Source of the DNA: Accumulibacter sp.
GTDB taxonomy: Bacteria > Pseudomonadota > Gammaproteobacteria > Burkholderiales > Rhodocyclaceae
Direction of reading: 5' to 3'
Assembly: GCA_016789495.1 (NCBI GenBank)
Contig: JAEUOJ010000201.1
Coordinates: 8,787-72,786 of the forward strand
DNA length: 64,000 bases
The notes under the pieces are model-generated. The model had not been told where the DNA came from, ran no database searches, and saw only the letters and a list, made by a program, of their open reading frames with translations. Shown piece by piece: positions 37,135 to 47,403 of this stretch. The number at the start of each line of letters is the position of its first letter. The first letter of the stretch is position 1. Position numbers and translations under genes: made by a program.

Positions 37135-37449
37135 ATGTCCACCGACACCACCTATGGAAGGATAGTCAACCATCCGCGATACGCTGAATTGGTTGGACGC
37201 CGCAAGCGTCTGGCTTGGTTGCTGGCTGGCTGCACGCTCGGCGTGTTTTTTTCGTTTGTCCTGATCATCGCCTTCAGTCCAAGCATTTTGGCGACCCCCG
37301 TCTCCGCATCCGGGGTAACGACGATCGCCGTACCAATCGGCGTCGCCATGATCATTTATTTCTGGATCCTGACCGGCATCTACGTTCGCCGGGCTAGCCG
37401 TGATTTCGACGGATTATCCGATCAGATCGTCCGGGAGGCCCTCAAATGA
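37135..37449 (+). CDS. DUF485/YjcH small membrane partner of ActP
   Basis: Two TM helices, TGIYVRRASRDFD; overlaps the actP start (ATGA). Confidence 0.88.
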   Translation: MSTDTTYGRIVNHPRYAELVGRRKRLAWLLAGCTLGVFFSFVLIIAFSPSILATPVSASGVTTIAVPIGVAMIIYFWILTGIYVRRASRDFDGLSDQIVREALK

Positions 37450-39122
37450 AGGCACTGACACTTAAATTCACGGCGGGCCTTGTCTTGGCCGCCGCTACCG
37501 GCTTGGCACTCGCCGCACCAGAAAGCAAGGGGCAGACCGCCAACATTCCGGCGATCGCCATGTTCCTGCTCTTTGTCGGGATTACCCTCGGGATCACCTA
37601 CTGGGCCGCCAAGCGGACCAAAACGGCTTCCGACTATTATGCCGCCGGCGGCGGCATCACCGGCACGCAGAACGGCTTCGCCATCGCCGGCGACCTGCTT
37701 TCGGCAGCGACCTTGCTCGGCATCAGCAGCCTGATCTACTCCAAAGGTTATGACGGCTTCCTGTATTGCCTGTGCCTGATCGTCGCCTTTCCGATGATTC
37801 TGTTCATCATGGCCGAGCGTTTGCGCAATCTGGGACGGTATACCTTCGCCGATGTCACTTCGTTCAGGCTGGCGCAACGTCCGGTGCGCACTACAGCGGC
37901 AATCAGCTCGTTGACCGTGGTCATCTTTTACCTGATTGCCCAGATGGTCGGCGCGGGACAGGTGATCAAGCTACTGTTCGGCATCGAGTACTGGATCGCC
38001 GTCGTCGCTGTCGGAGTGTTGATGGTCATCTATGTCACTTTTGGCGGCATGCTGGCTACCACCTGGGTGCAAATCGTCAAAGCGGTGCTGTTGATCTTTG
38101 GCGGGACGGTCGTCGCCATGCTCGCGTTCTCGAAATTTGGGTTCAGTTTCGAAACGATGGCCAGCAAGGCGGTGGCGGTGCATAAAGACGGGATCAAGAT
38201 CCTGGCGCCGGGCGTGATGTTCGCCGACCCGGTTTCCGCGGTTTCACTGGCCCTGGGGATGGTTTTCGGCACCGCCGGACTGCCGCATATCCTGATGCGG
38301 TTCTTCACCGTCCCGAACGCCGTCGAATCACGCAAGAGCGCCTTCGTCGCCACCGGCCTGATGGGCTTCTTTTTCCTGATGATCGGCCTGATTGGCTTGT
38401 CGGCGGTGGTTCTGGTCGGCACCGACCCGCAATATTTCGAAGGCGGAGCTGTCGGCGGCAAGTTGCTCGGCGGCGGCAACATGCCCTCGATGCACCTGGC
38501 GCACGCGGTTGGCGGCAACCTGTTGCTCGGCTTCATGGCCGCGGTGGCTTTCGCGACCATTCTGGCGGTGGTTTCAGGTCTGGCGCTCGCGGGTGCCTCG
38601 GCGATTTCTCACGATATCTACGCCAACGCGATCAAGAAAGGCACGGCCACTGAGCAGCAGGAAATCCGCGTCTCGAAAATCGCCTCGCTGGGTCTCGGCA
38701 TCCTGGCGGTGGCGCTCGGCATCATGTTCGAGAAGCACAATCTCGCCTTCCTGTCCGGTTTGACGCTCGGCATCGCCGCCTCGGCCAACTTCCCGGTGCT
38801 GATCCTGTCGATGTACTGGAAAGGATTGACCACGCGTGGCGCGGTGCTCGGCGGCATGGCCGGCCTGATTTCGGCGTTGGCGCTGGTGATCTGTTCGAAG
38901 GCTGTCTGGGTGACCGTTCTCGGCAACCCGACCCCCTTGTTCCCGTACGAACAACCGGCCTTGTTCTCGATGCCTTTGGCCTTTTTCATCGCCTGGTTGG
39001 CATCGGTGCTCGACACCAGCGAATCCGCTGCCCAAGAACGCGCCGCTTTCGACGAACAAGACGTCTTGGCCGAAACCGGTTACTACCGGAAAGTCAGCAG
39101 CCGCCCGGTTGCGCAGCATTGA
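37446..39122 (+). CDS. actP: Cation/acetate symporter ActP (probable phenylacetate permease)
   Basis: YYAAGGGITG.QNG.AIAGD, AERLRNLGRYTFAD, FGTAGLPHILMRFFTVP. Confidence 0.92.
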   Translation: MKALTLKFTAGLVLAAATGLALAAPESKGQTANIPAIAMFLLFVGITLGITYWAAKRTKTASDYYAAGGGITGTQNGFAIAGDLLSAATLLGISSLIYSKGYDGFLYCLCLIVAFPMILFIMAERLRNLGRYTFADVTSFRLAQRPVRTTAAISSLTVVIFYLIAQMVGAGQVIKLLFGIEYWIAVVAVGVLMVIYVTFGGMLATTWVQIVKAVLLIFGGTVVAMLAFSKFGFSFETMASKAVAVHKDGIKILAPGVMFADPVSAVSLALGMVFGTAGLPHILMRFFTVPNAVESRKSAFVATGLMGFFFLMIGLIGLSAVVLVGTDPQYFEGGAVGGKLLGGGNMPSMHLAHAVGGNLLLGFMAAVAFATILAVVSGLALAGASAISHDIYANAIKKGTATEQQEIRVSKIASLGLGILAVALGIMFEKHNLAFLSGLTLGIAASANFPVLILSMYWKGLTTRGAVLGGMAGLISALALVICSKAVWVTVLGNPTPLFPYEQPALFSMPLAFFIAWLASVLDTSESAAQERAAFDEQDVLAETGYYRKVSSRPVAQH

Positions 39123-39137
39123 TTCTTTGCCTTCACA

Positions 39138-39174
39138 CCACAAACACCGGTTGCTGAGCAACCGGTGTTTGTGG
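39138..39174. terminator. Perfect 37-bp palindrome between convergent actP and paaX
   Basis: CCACAAACACCGGTTGCT-G-AGCAACCGGTGTTTGTGG (18-bp arms). Confidence 0.65.
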
Positions 39175-39225
39175 CGGGTTCATTGCGCGGCTGACGCTGA
39201 CCGCCGCCAGCCGGGCATCAAACCA

Positions 39226-40179
39226 TCAAACGGTCGTCAACAAGTCGTCTTCCGCAAAGCGCGAGCCGAAAGCCGGCTGCGGCGGCGGACAGGCGCCGCC
39301 GTCGGCCGTGCGCAGCACGCGATCGAGATGACGTTCGGCGGGCGTCAGCAACCGGCGGTAAAGATCCTTGCACAACAAGCGTGCCGACTCGCCCGGCCAG
39401 TCGTCAGGCAACAGCTGCTCGGGCAGTTCCGGGTCACGCAACAGCAGGCGCCGATAGTCATGAATCAACAACAGGCGCAGCAAAAAGGCCTCCTCGTCGT
39501 CGGCGGTCGCCAATGGATCACCGCGAACTTCCACCAGCACCGGGGTATAGACGCTGACGAATTCGGCGTAATCTCGCGCCATTTCACGCAAATCCCAGGC
39601 CCGCGAAACCAGATCGGTGTTGCCGGCGGTACCAACCAGACTGGTATCGGCGGCAACCAGCGGCATCAGACCGGACAACAGACCACCCAGACCCTCGACA
39701 AGCAGCGCATCGAAGACGCTCGCCAAATCGGCGCTCGGATGGACGAAACATTCAGCACCCAAAGCGCCGAAGCCTTGCCAGAACAGCGCCCGCCGCAAGA
39801 CGTCCCGTTCTTTCTGAGTAAAGGCGCTGAGCACCAGAATCTGTCGCCAGCGATGATCCCAGGCCGGCGCGCGGGCGGCGTAAATCTGTCGGGCGGCGTC
39901 GGCACAACGGCGTTCGCCCGAAGGGGTCAGTCGATATTCGCTGCGCCGTCCCGACGACTCGCTGTACAACCACTCATCCTTGGTCAGGCGAAAAACGGCC
40001 GTACGCACCGAGCGCTCGTTGACTCCCAGTGGTTCGAGCAAACGAATCAGACTGCCGACCCAGGCCCCACCTCCACGCGGCAGGATGGCGTCTCCGAACA
40101 ACGAGATCAACAAGGAGCCGGTATGAACCCGCTTCTGACGACTGAAATCAGCGATTTGCCTACGTATGGTTGCCGCCAT
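39226..40179 (-). CDS. paaX: Phenylacetate catabolism repressor PaaX
   Basis: SLLISLFGDAILPRGG, ERSVRTAVFRL, LLLIHDYRRLLLRDPELPEQLLP.DWPG. Confidence 0.95.
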   Translation of the reverse strand: MAATIRRQIADFSRQKRVHTGSLLISLFGDAILPRGGGAWVGSLIRLLEPLGVNERSVRTAVFRLTKDEWLYSESSGRRSEYRLTPSGERRCADAARQIYAARAPAWDHRWRQILVLSAFTQKERDVLRRALFWQGFGALGAECFVHPSADLASVFDALLVEGLGGLLSGLMPLVAADTSLVGTAGNTDLVSRAWDLREMARDYAEFVSVYTPVLVEVRGDPLATADDEEAFLLRLLLIHDYRRLLLRDPELPEQLLPDDWPGESARLLCKDLYRRLLTPAERHLDRVLRTADGGACPPPQPAFGSRFAEDDLLTTV

Positions 40180-40540
40180 CGGGTGTCTTCACGGAATTGG
40201 GCGGAGATGGGTCAGCGACATCATTTTTCGGGTTCGTATGCCAGAGGACACTCTGCCGGGCTGCGCCGGACCAAAAAAGTGCGTTATGATACGCCTATCG
40301 ACGTTGAATGGCTTAGTTCGTACCATTTCTCAGGATTCGCCGTTGATCAATGCGTCACCTGATCAGCGCCATCACCCGAAAATCGTGATATCGCCATCAG
40401 ATCGGCTAGCCGACTGGGCCAAGTCGGACAATCGGCATCGTGCCGATACCATGCCGTCGTATCATTTTTACTCTTCCTGACAGCCGCGCCTTAGCGCTTT
40501 CCTCGACTTCCGTTGCACAGGTTTTTCGAAAGGAATCCGC

Positions 40541-41068
40541 ATGTCCAAACCGATGGTCACCGACCGCGACACCCCCGAAGCCATCCTGCTCGCCGAACAA
40601 ACCGCGGAAGCCATGTATCGTCGCGATTCCGCGCTCAGGCTGATCGGTATCCGTATCAAAGCCATCCGCCCGGGTTATTCGCTGATGGCGATGTCCGTTC
40701 GACCGGACATGACCAATGGCCATCATATCTGTCACGGTGGTTATCTATTCACTCTTGCCGATACAGCGTTTGCCTACGCCTGTAACAGTTATAACCGCAA
40801 CACGGTCGCTTCGGCGTGCCATATCGATTTTCTGACCCCCGCCCGTGAAGGCGAGGAACTCGAGGCCGAATGTGTCGAGCGCTCACTCTCCGGACGCACC
40901 GGCGTCTATGACACGACGATCCGCAATCTTAGCGGACAGGTGATTGCCCTGTTCCGCGGCAAGTCGTATCGCATCGCCGGTGAAGTGATTACCGGCCTGG
41001 CCGCCGAGGATCAGCGACCAGAATCGAACCCGGTCGCGCGAGGCAAATTCGAAGGCAACCCGCAATGA
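40541..41068 (+). CDS. paaI: Phenylacetyl-CoA thioesterase PaaI
   Basis: NGHHICHGGYLFTLADTAFAYACNS, GRTGVYD, ALFRGKSY. Confidence 0.93.
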   Translation: MSKPMVTDRDTPEAILLAEQTAEAMYRRDSALRLIGIRIKAIRPGYSLMAMSVRPDMTNGHHICHGGYLFTLADTAFAYACNSYNRNTVASACHIDFLTPAREGEELEAECVERSLSGRTGVYDTTIRNLSGQVIALFRGKSYRIAGEVITGLAAEDQRPESNPVARGKFEGNPQ

Positions 41069-41143
41069 ATCCGCGAGAGATCCGATAGCTCCGGCCGAAC
41101 GCCCTCCGCAAACCGACCATCGTCGACGACTTGTGGTGGCTGA

Positions 41144-41857
41144 ATGAGCGAACCGCTGTCACCCGAACCATCGACCATCGGCGAGAACACGCCAGCGCAT
41201 AGCGCCGAAACGGTAATCTTGATTCACGGTTTGTGGACCCCGGCGCTGGTCTTTGCCTTGCACAGTCATTGGTTGAAGGGCCGGGGCTACCGGACGCGAC
41301 GTTATGGTTACCACAGCGTCCGCGCCAGTTTGTCGGATAACGCCTTCCAACTGAAATCCTTCGTCGCCCAGACCGACGCCGAGACCATTCATCTGGTCGG
41401 CCACAGTCTGGGCGGACTGATCATCCTCGAAATGTTGCTGGACAACGCCGATCCGCGCCTGAAGCGGGCGGTACTGCTGGGCACCCCCTGCCACGACAGC
41501 TATTGCGGTCGACAATTGATCGACCTGCCGCTGCTCCCGTCGCTGCTCGGCTTGTCGACCATGGAATGGCTGTCACGTGGCCCAGCGATCCGATCGGTAC
41601 AGGGATCGATGGTCGAGATCGGCGTTGTCGCCGGCACCCGAAGTGTCGGTCTTGGACGCGTGGTCCCGGATTTGCCCCTGCCTAACGATGGGCTGGTCGG
41701 GGTTGATGAAACCCGCCTGGTTGGCGCCACCGACTTCATCACCCTGCCCGTCGCTCACTCGGAAATGCTCGCCTCGCGCCTATGCGCCGAACAAATCGCC
41801 GCTTTTCTCGAAACCGGTCGTTTCATTCATGCCGCTACGGCTGAAAACCCGGATTGA
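41144..41857 (+). CDS. Alpha/beta hydrolase (lipase/esterase-like)
   Basis: ILIHGLW, GHSLGG, NDGLV, AHSEML (Ser-Asp-His triad). Confidence 0.88.
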   Translation: MSEPLSPEPSTIGENTPAHSAETVILIHGLWTPALVFALHSHWLKGRGYRTRRYGYHSVRASLSDNAFQLKSFVAQTDAETIHLVGHSLGGLIILEMLLDNADPRLKRAVLLGTPCHDSYCGRQLIDLPLLPSLLGLSTMEWLSRGPAIRSVQGSMVEIGVVAGTRSVGLGRVVPDLPLPNDGLVGVDETRLVGATDFITLPVAHSEMLASRLCAEQIAAFLETGRFIHAATAENPD

Positions 41858-42023
41858 TTTCTTTTGCGACCCCCAACGCGAACAAGCCAAATTCAGGCGG
41901 CGCCGGATTAGATCCGCGTGTTCACTCCGCCGAAACCAACCGGGACAAGGCGATCATGGTCTTCATCAGCAGTGATTGCCGCAAGACAGCGTCAATCAAG
42001 TCATCGACGAGTTGGCCACGGAA

Positions 42024-42341
42024 TCACGGGTAGCAGATTTGATACGACGGCATTCTCTTGCCACCGACGATACCGCCGCCATAGGTGATGCAGGTCGAGC
42101 TCGGCTGCAGCCCAAGGTAATCAGTCGAATTCCCTTTCGCATTGGGATTTGCCGGCACGCGATAGAAATCAGCTCCCTCATCCCATTCGTCATTCTGCGG
42201 CAAGACCCGATGCTCGCCAGCTTTGCGTGCGCCCTCGATGTCAAGAGGTGGTCCAGAGCCAAAATTCGTTGCTAGTAATGGCAGTGGAGCAAGAGAGAGA
42301 GTCGCAGCAAGGACTAATTCTGCAATGCAACAGAATTTCAT
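42024..42341 (-). CDS. Small exported protein with C-terminal C-x18-C motif
   Basis: RBS GGAGGAAGGA before MKFCCIAELVLAATLSLAPLPLLA (signal-like); ends TCITYGGGIVGGKRMPSYQICYP. Confidence 0.65.
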   Translation of the reverse strand: MKFCCIAELVLAATLSLAPLPLLATNFGSGPPLDIEGARKAGEHRVLPQNDEWDEGADFYRVPANPNAKGNSTDYLGLQPSSTCITYGGGIVGGKRMPSYQICYP

Positions 42342-42522
42342 ATCCTTCCTCCCAATTAAGAATAATGGGTAATCTTCTTCGACTCCCATCGAAAAGTCAA
42401 TAATTATTAACGCGAACCACCAATGACACACTGATTTATTAGGTTCTCGCATGTTTTAAATATTACAAATCAATAAATTGACGCGATCATCAAGTCGGCA
42501 ACACGAAAAGATCAGTGTTTAC

Positions 42523-42945
42523 TTAGAGGCAAACCTTATGCCCAGGAATCCACTGGCCACCAATATATACGCCGGGAACCCAAACACAGATTGTTGTCGC
42601 TGAGGCAGATCTCTGCAACCCCGAGACGCTGATTTCGGTATCGGGCACATCGTGAGACTCGGCCGGATCAAGCCCGTTCTGCGCAGAGGCATTCTCTCTC
42701 AGAGATCGGGAAGAGTTCAGCGGCTCTCCATTGGCATCGAACGACAGAATCTCACCATTCTTACTGAGAACAACCGTTTCAACTTCATGATTTGATCGAA
42801 AGAAACGCTTGGTCAATTCGCTTAGATCAGCCTCGTCGACAACGGTTGGCTTGGCTCTTTGTCTACAAACAGCGACCAATCCCAAGAACAGCAAGCCAAA
42901 AAGTCCGACAAGTGGAGTAGCAATGCGGGAAAAAGAGTGGTTCAT
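42523..42945 (-). CDS. Small exported or membrane-anchored protein with C-terminal C-x18-C motif
   Basis: MNHSFSRIATPLVGLFGLLFLGLVAVC (signal/anchor); ends TICVWVPGVYIGGQWIPGHKVCL. Confidence 0.7.
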   Translation of the reverse strand: MNHSFSRIATPLVGLFGLLFLGLVAVCRQRAKPTVVDEADLSELTKRFFRSNHEVETVVLSKNGEILSFDANGEPLNSSRSLRENASAQNGLDPAESHDVPDTEISVSGLQRSASATTICVWVPGVYIGGQWIPGHKVCL

Positions 42946-42993
42946 AGGAGGTTCTCTCAAATAGACTGCTGGGCTGGTCGAAACCAACATTGA

Positions 42994-45900
42994 TCAATAA
43001 CGATACGTCAGTTGAAACAACAGCGAACGACGAGGATGGAACAAGGGAGCTTTGGGATCACCATTGTAGTCGCCATTTTCGAAGAGGAAATGGCGGTCGA
43101 AGAGGTTGTTGGCGGCGAGACTAGCGACCAGCCGCTTATTGCCAATCGGCAGGGAATAGCGCAGGTTGGTGATGACGAAGGACGAACGACCGGACGTATC
43201 AGAACCGTCAGGTTCGCGGAGCGTCGCAAGCTGACGAACGCCCCAGGTTTCCAGCAACACATCGCCATCGCCGGCTCGAAACCACAGACGCAAGGGCAGC
43301 AGATCGGTACGCAATTGATGAGGCAAGGATCCCGCCAGAGACGAGTGGTTGCCATCAAGCCGGTTATCCTCGTGCCGCCATTCCGCCGACAGCACGGCGT
43401 AATGGCCGAAAGGCCAAACCAGATACGCGCGGTATAAGCGCTCGTGCCACCGAGCCAGGCAATCGGCGCTGTCGCATCCCAGGTTCGGAATGTCGAGCCG
43501 CCGCCGGGACAATTCGAGACCGGCGCGGATGCCGCCGTCGAAGCGTTGGTCTACCGCCAGCGCCGTACGCGTCCACCGGCTACCGTTGAAATCGTCGAAA
43601 GACTGATTGAACCCGACGAACTGCGTCGGCTCGAGACTTTCCTTGTCATATTTCGCTCCCTTGACCCCCTGAAAAACAGCGGCGCGCAATGTCGTTCCCA
43701 TCGCCAGACGGAAAGAAGCCCCGAGCTTTGCGTTGAGCCGTTCGACATGAGTGTAGTCCTGTTCGGCATAGCGGATGTATTCGGCGCCACCATGCAGTGT
43801 CACTCGTTTGTTCGGATGCCATTGGCCGTAGCCGAAAAGTGATCGACGTGAGATTTGCTGACGGGTAGAGATATCTGACACAGTGATCGGATCCGGGTCG
43901 AACAGGCAGCAAATGCTTACACGGCTTTCTCTGGCGCCGGTCAGTTTGAATTGACGCAGGCCGAGCACAAAACTGTCCGCCCCGCTTTGCCGTGAATACA
44001 GAATCTCCAGGCCGCGGGTCAACAGTTGGGGTCGAAGGTCGTAGCCAATCGAATACAATCCCCAAACCGGATCAGTCAGGTTGCTTTGCAGCTGGGAACG
44101 TTCGTCGATTCGTTGCCGGCTAAAGGCGGCGATCCATTCTTCATCGGTACTCGGCGCATGCCGCAGGGCCAGTCGTCCCAGATCGGTACGCACACTATCG
44201 CGAAGATGCTTGCTCTCCTGCTCGAACAAACTAACGGTCTGATCGCCGCTTTGCCGTTCGGTGTGGCGAAGCTCGGCCAGCAGCATCGTTTGCGCGGTCA
44301 ACGCCAGTTGGCCGTTCAACCGCGCCCCGGACAGGCGGGTATCCGCTTGGCCGTCTACCAGCGCCCGGCCACGGTAATCGAAGACACCCAGGGCAAGCTG
44401 CGCCGTTTCACCGGACTGCGCCGCCACCAGACTGCCTGCCTGGCTCTCCTGGTTACCGGCCAACAACGACCCGGCAAAGTGCCAGGGCTGACGGGCAAAG
44501 AATCCGCTGCCTTCGTCGGGCGAAATAGCGCGAGGGCCGTCGAGCACCGGTAACGCCGGCATGACAAATTGTGGCGGCAAGGGCATTTGACCGATCGGCT
44601 GACGAAGTTGCACCTGAAACAGTTCGCTGAGCCGAGCGGTTTCGAAGCGTGGCAGGCCGGCATAGGCCTCCGCCAGCAAGCGGTGCGCGGGCACGCTCTG
44701 CGGATCGTCTTCCAGGGCGTCCATCGCCTGAGCCTGCATCGGCCCATACAGTCCGACTTCCCGGTAGGCGTCGCCGATGCTGGCAGTACGGGCGGCGCGA
44801 TCCTGATCGAGGAGTTCGTCGGCTCGCACGACCGCCCGGTGGTCATTACGCGCGACAGCTTCTTCTCCGGCAGCGATGGCGCCAAGGAAATCCCGGGATT
44901 GCAGTTTTCGAAAAGCGTCGAAATACCAAGGCGTCGGAGAGGCCGGGTCGAGACGGCGGGCGAGGTCGAATTGCTCGCCCGCCAGTGTGTCGCGCCCTTC
45001 GGCCAGATAGGTACGTCCCAGATAGCTGCGCAATTCAGCGTTCGACGGATCGAGCAACACGGCGATTTCGATGTCGCGCCGACCGGCAGGAAAATCTCCT
45101 TGGCGTATATACGTCAAACCCCGACCAAAATGGGCCAACGGATCGGTGCCGTTGCTCGCCAGAGCCGCTTCGAATGCCGTCGCCGCCGCATCCACTTGCC
45201 CTTTCAGTAACAGGGCGAAAGCGGCCATCGCCTGCGCACGCGGTGTATTGGGCGCCAGGGCGAGCGCTCGCCGCGCGGATTCGGCACCCGCGTCAACACG
45301 CGCCAGCGCCAATTCGAGTTCAGCCCGACGCGCCCAAGCGATTGGGTGATCCGGCGCTAGCCAGGTGGCGTGTTGCGCGGCCGCCAAGGCGGCCGCAAGC
45401 TGTCGGTCACCTTGCAGGGCATAGCTCAAGGCGAGTTGGGCCGCGGCTGATCGTGGATCGTCACTGACTGCCGAACGCGCCGTAACCAGCGCGACATCCT
45501 CATTACGCGCCATTTGGATCATCGCGCGTACGGCCAGCGCCGCCGAGTTCATGCTTGGCGTGTCGAGCAGTGCTTCCGCTTCGTCCACCCGACCCAGCCC
45601 GAGCAGCAAACTGGCTCGATAGGCAGCGAGATCTGGCACCCCGTCAAGGGCTGCCAATGCCGAACGGAATTGGCCGGCTGCCGCCAAATCCATCGACTGG
45701 TTCACCGCCTGGCGGTGCTCCGCAGAGAGCAGGGCCAGCGGCTGGTCACCAGGCCGCAGTACTTGCGGATAGTGGATCGCCCAACGCACTGCGTTCAGCG
45801 GCTTGACCTGCAGCGACTGACCAAGCCGACCGCCGGGCCGGACGTCGACCGCCTCGCCCGCGGCGAGTTGACGTTGATCGGTTTCGGTGACGACCCGGAC

Positions 45901-46380
45901 CTGTCCCTCTGCCACCGTCAACCGAGTGTGGTGACTATCGCCGGCCACGACGAATTCGGTTCCGTCCACCATCGCATTGACCAAAGGCGTGGTAACTCCG
46001 AATCGCTTGCGAAACCGGCTGATGACATGGATCACTCCTGCCGGCAGCGTCAATCCGCTATCAGTGTCCCTGGCATTCGCAGGCAGAGTCATCGTGGTAT
46101 GTTGATCCAGGCGGATCAAGACGTCGTTTTCGAGAACGACCGCGGCACGTCCTGGACCGCGCACCGCCAACTGATCTCCAGGACAGAATCGATGGCGAAC
46201 TTGTACCGACCGCCATGCCTCGCCGCTGGCCCGCATTTCGACCATCCCCTCCATGGCAACCAGCGTCCCGACCGGACGTTCACAGGCTACCGCCGCCAAA
46301 GACATCAGCAGCAAACCGGCAACCCCGATCGTTAGCAGTCCACCAGAGCCGAAACTCGTTGAACCGCAAGCCCTCCCCAT
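42994..46380 (-). CDS. FecR domain + TPR + TonB-dependent-receptor-like beta-barrel outer-membrane protein
   Basis: Signal peptide, FGVTTPLVNAMVDGTEFVV...LTVAEGQV (FecR), TPRs (AVLLDPSNAELRSYLGRTY), amphipathic strands, ANNLFD, terminal LFQLTYRY. Confidence 0.85.
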   Translation of the reverse strand: MGRACGSTSFGSGGLLTIGVAGLLLMSLAAVACERPVGTLVAMEGMVEMRASGEAWRSVQVRHRFCPGDQLAVRGPGRAAVVLENDVLIRLDQHTTMTLPANARDTDSGLTLPAGVIHVISRFRKRFGVTTPLVNAMVDGTEFVVAGDSHHTRLTVAEGQVRVVTETDQRQLAAGEAVDVRPGGRLGQSLQVKPLNAVRWAIHYPQVLRPGDQPLALLSAEHRQAVNQSMDLAAAGQFRSALAALDGVPDLAAYRASLLLGLGRVDEAEALLDTPSMNSAALAVRAMIQMARNEDVALVTARSAVSDDPRSAAAQLALSYALQGDRQLAAALAAAQHATWLAPDHPIAWARRAELELALARVDAGAESARRALALAPNTPRAQAMAAFALLLKGQVDAAATAFEAALASNGTDPLAHFGRGLTYIRQGDFPAGRRDIEIAVLLDPSNAELRSYLGRTYLAEGRDTLAGEQFDLARRLDPASPTPWYFDAFRKLQSRDFLGAIAAGEEAVARNDHRAVVRADELLDQDRAARTASIGDAYREVGLYGPMQAQAMDALEDDPQSVPAHRLLAEAYAGLPRFETARLSELFQVQLRQPIGQMPLPPQFVMPALPVLDGPRAISPDEGSGFFARQPWHFAGSLLAGNQESQAGSLVAAQSGETAQLALGVFDYRGRALVDGQADTRLSGARLNGQLALTAQTMLLAELRHTERQSGDQTVSLFEQESKHLRDSVRTDLGRLALRHAPSTDEEWIAAFSRQRIDERSQLQSNLTDPVWGLYSIGYDLRPQLLTRGLEILYSRQSGADSFVLGLRQFKLTGARESRVSICCLFDPDPITVSDISTRQQISRRSLFGYGQWHPNKRVTLHGGAEYIRYAEQDYTHVERLNAKLGASFRLAMGTTLRAAVFQGVKGAKYDKESLEPTQFVGFNQSFDDFNGSRWTRTALAVDQRFDGGIRAGLELSRRRLDIPNLGCDSADCLARWHERLYRAYLVWPFGHYAVLSAEWRHEDNRLDGNHSSLAGSLPHQLRTDLLPLRLWFRAGDGDVLLETWGVRQLATLREPDGSDTSGRSSFVITNLRYSLPIGNKRLVASLAANNLFDRHFLFENGDYNGDPKAPLFHPRRSLLFQLTYRY

Positions 46381-46968
46381 CGCAGCTCCTTATCGGAACG
46401 TATTGATCTGAATAATTTATTAAAATTAATTTTAAATGAAAACGAGCCACAATCATTCCGCCATCCCCAAATTTCGTTGGTCGAAGCACGGGGAGCGCGA
46501 TTGAAAAACCGGATCGGCGACTGGATTTGCTCTGTCAGCACCCTGAGCGTCAGGTTCCGGACACAGCGCCGTACGCCATCACCCTGCCGCAACCAGGAGT
46601 CCGTTTCAAGCTACGGCGGTAACGTGGTGACGTTCAACAGAAAACCACCGGGATTTCAGAATGCAGGGTGGCGACGCTCATCCCCATTGGCGCGGGGAAC
46701 TTTTTTCAAAAAAGTTTGATCGAAGTCAGGGTCTTTGCGAATTTGCTCACAGCGGGTCATTAGTGGCGATGCTAAGCTGGAATCAGATCAGAACGAATTC
46801 AAATCATGTGGCTTCAACGAAAAAAGGCATTCGACATCATTAATTCAAAAGCTTGTGATGTGGAGCATTCCTATATGGGTTGAAAATCCGAACAGAGGCC
46901 ACAGCGTGTGGCAGGAAATAAAGTTAGGCAATGGACTCAGTTTTTCCAGGGAAATACCGATATAATCG

Positions 46969-46984
46969 TTGTGCGCTGCAACAA
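46969..46984 (+). promoter_or_regulatory. Putative PhaR-type box
   Basis: TTGTGCGCTGCAACAA (TGC-N3-GCA) immediately after TATAAT at 46961. Confidence 0.55.
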
Positions 46985-47055
46985 CGCTCGCTGCCAGCCT
47001 GCAAACGACCGTCCGTTCAGTATTTGGTAATGAGATCGACTCAGGAGTAGATGTG

Positions 47056-47403
47056 ATGAAAGCACCGAAAATTCTTCCGTGGATTGCCCACAAGTCGGGC
47101 ATCAGCGAGGATCTGGCGCTCAAATTGTGGCGTCGTGCGGCTGGTGAAGCCGAAGTGCTAGCCGGTTGCTGTGACAATTCGGATTATTATCGACTGGCGA
47201 TGGAACGTTTCATCGATTATGCCGAGGCCGAAGGTGGCCATGCGGTGGTTCGCGAAGCGACGGGTCAAAAGACGTGCGTATCCTGGCTCTGGCGTCATCA
47301 AAACCGCATTTCCAAATTGAGCATGATCACCACCCAGAATCTACTCAGATTGTGGCAGGCGAATTGGACCAGCCTGCTCAACGATCACCGGCACGCGGCC
47401 TGA
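47056..47403 (+). CDS. Small hypothetical helical protein
   Basis: RBS AGGAG; MKAPKILPWIAHKSGISEDLALKLWRRA..., 115 aa. Confidence 0.75.
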   Translation: MKAPKILPWIAHKSGISEDLALKLWRRAAGEAEVLAGCCDNSDYYRLAMERFIDYAEAEGGHAVVREATGQKTCVSWLWRHQNRISKLSMITTQNLLRLWQANWTSLLNDHRHAA

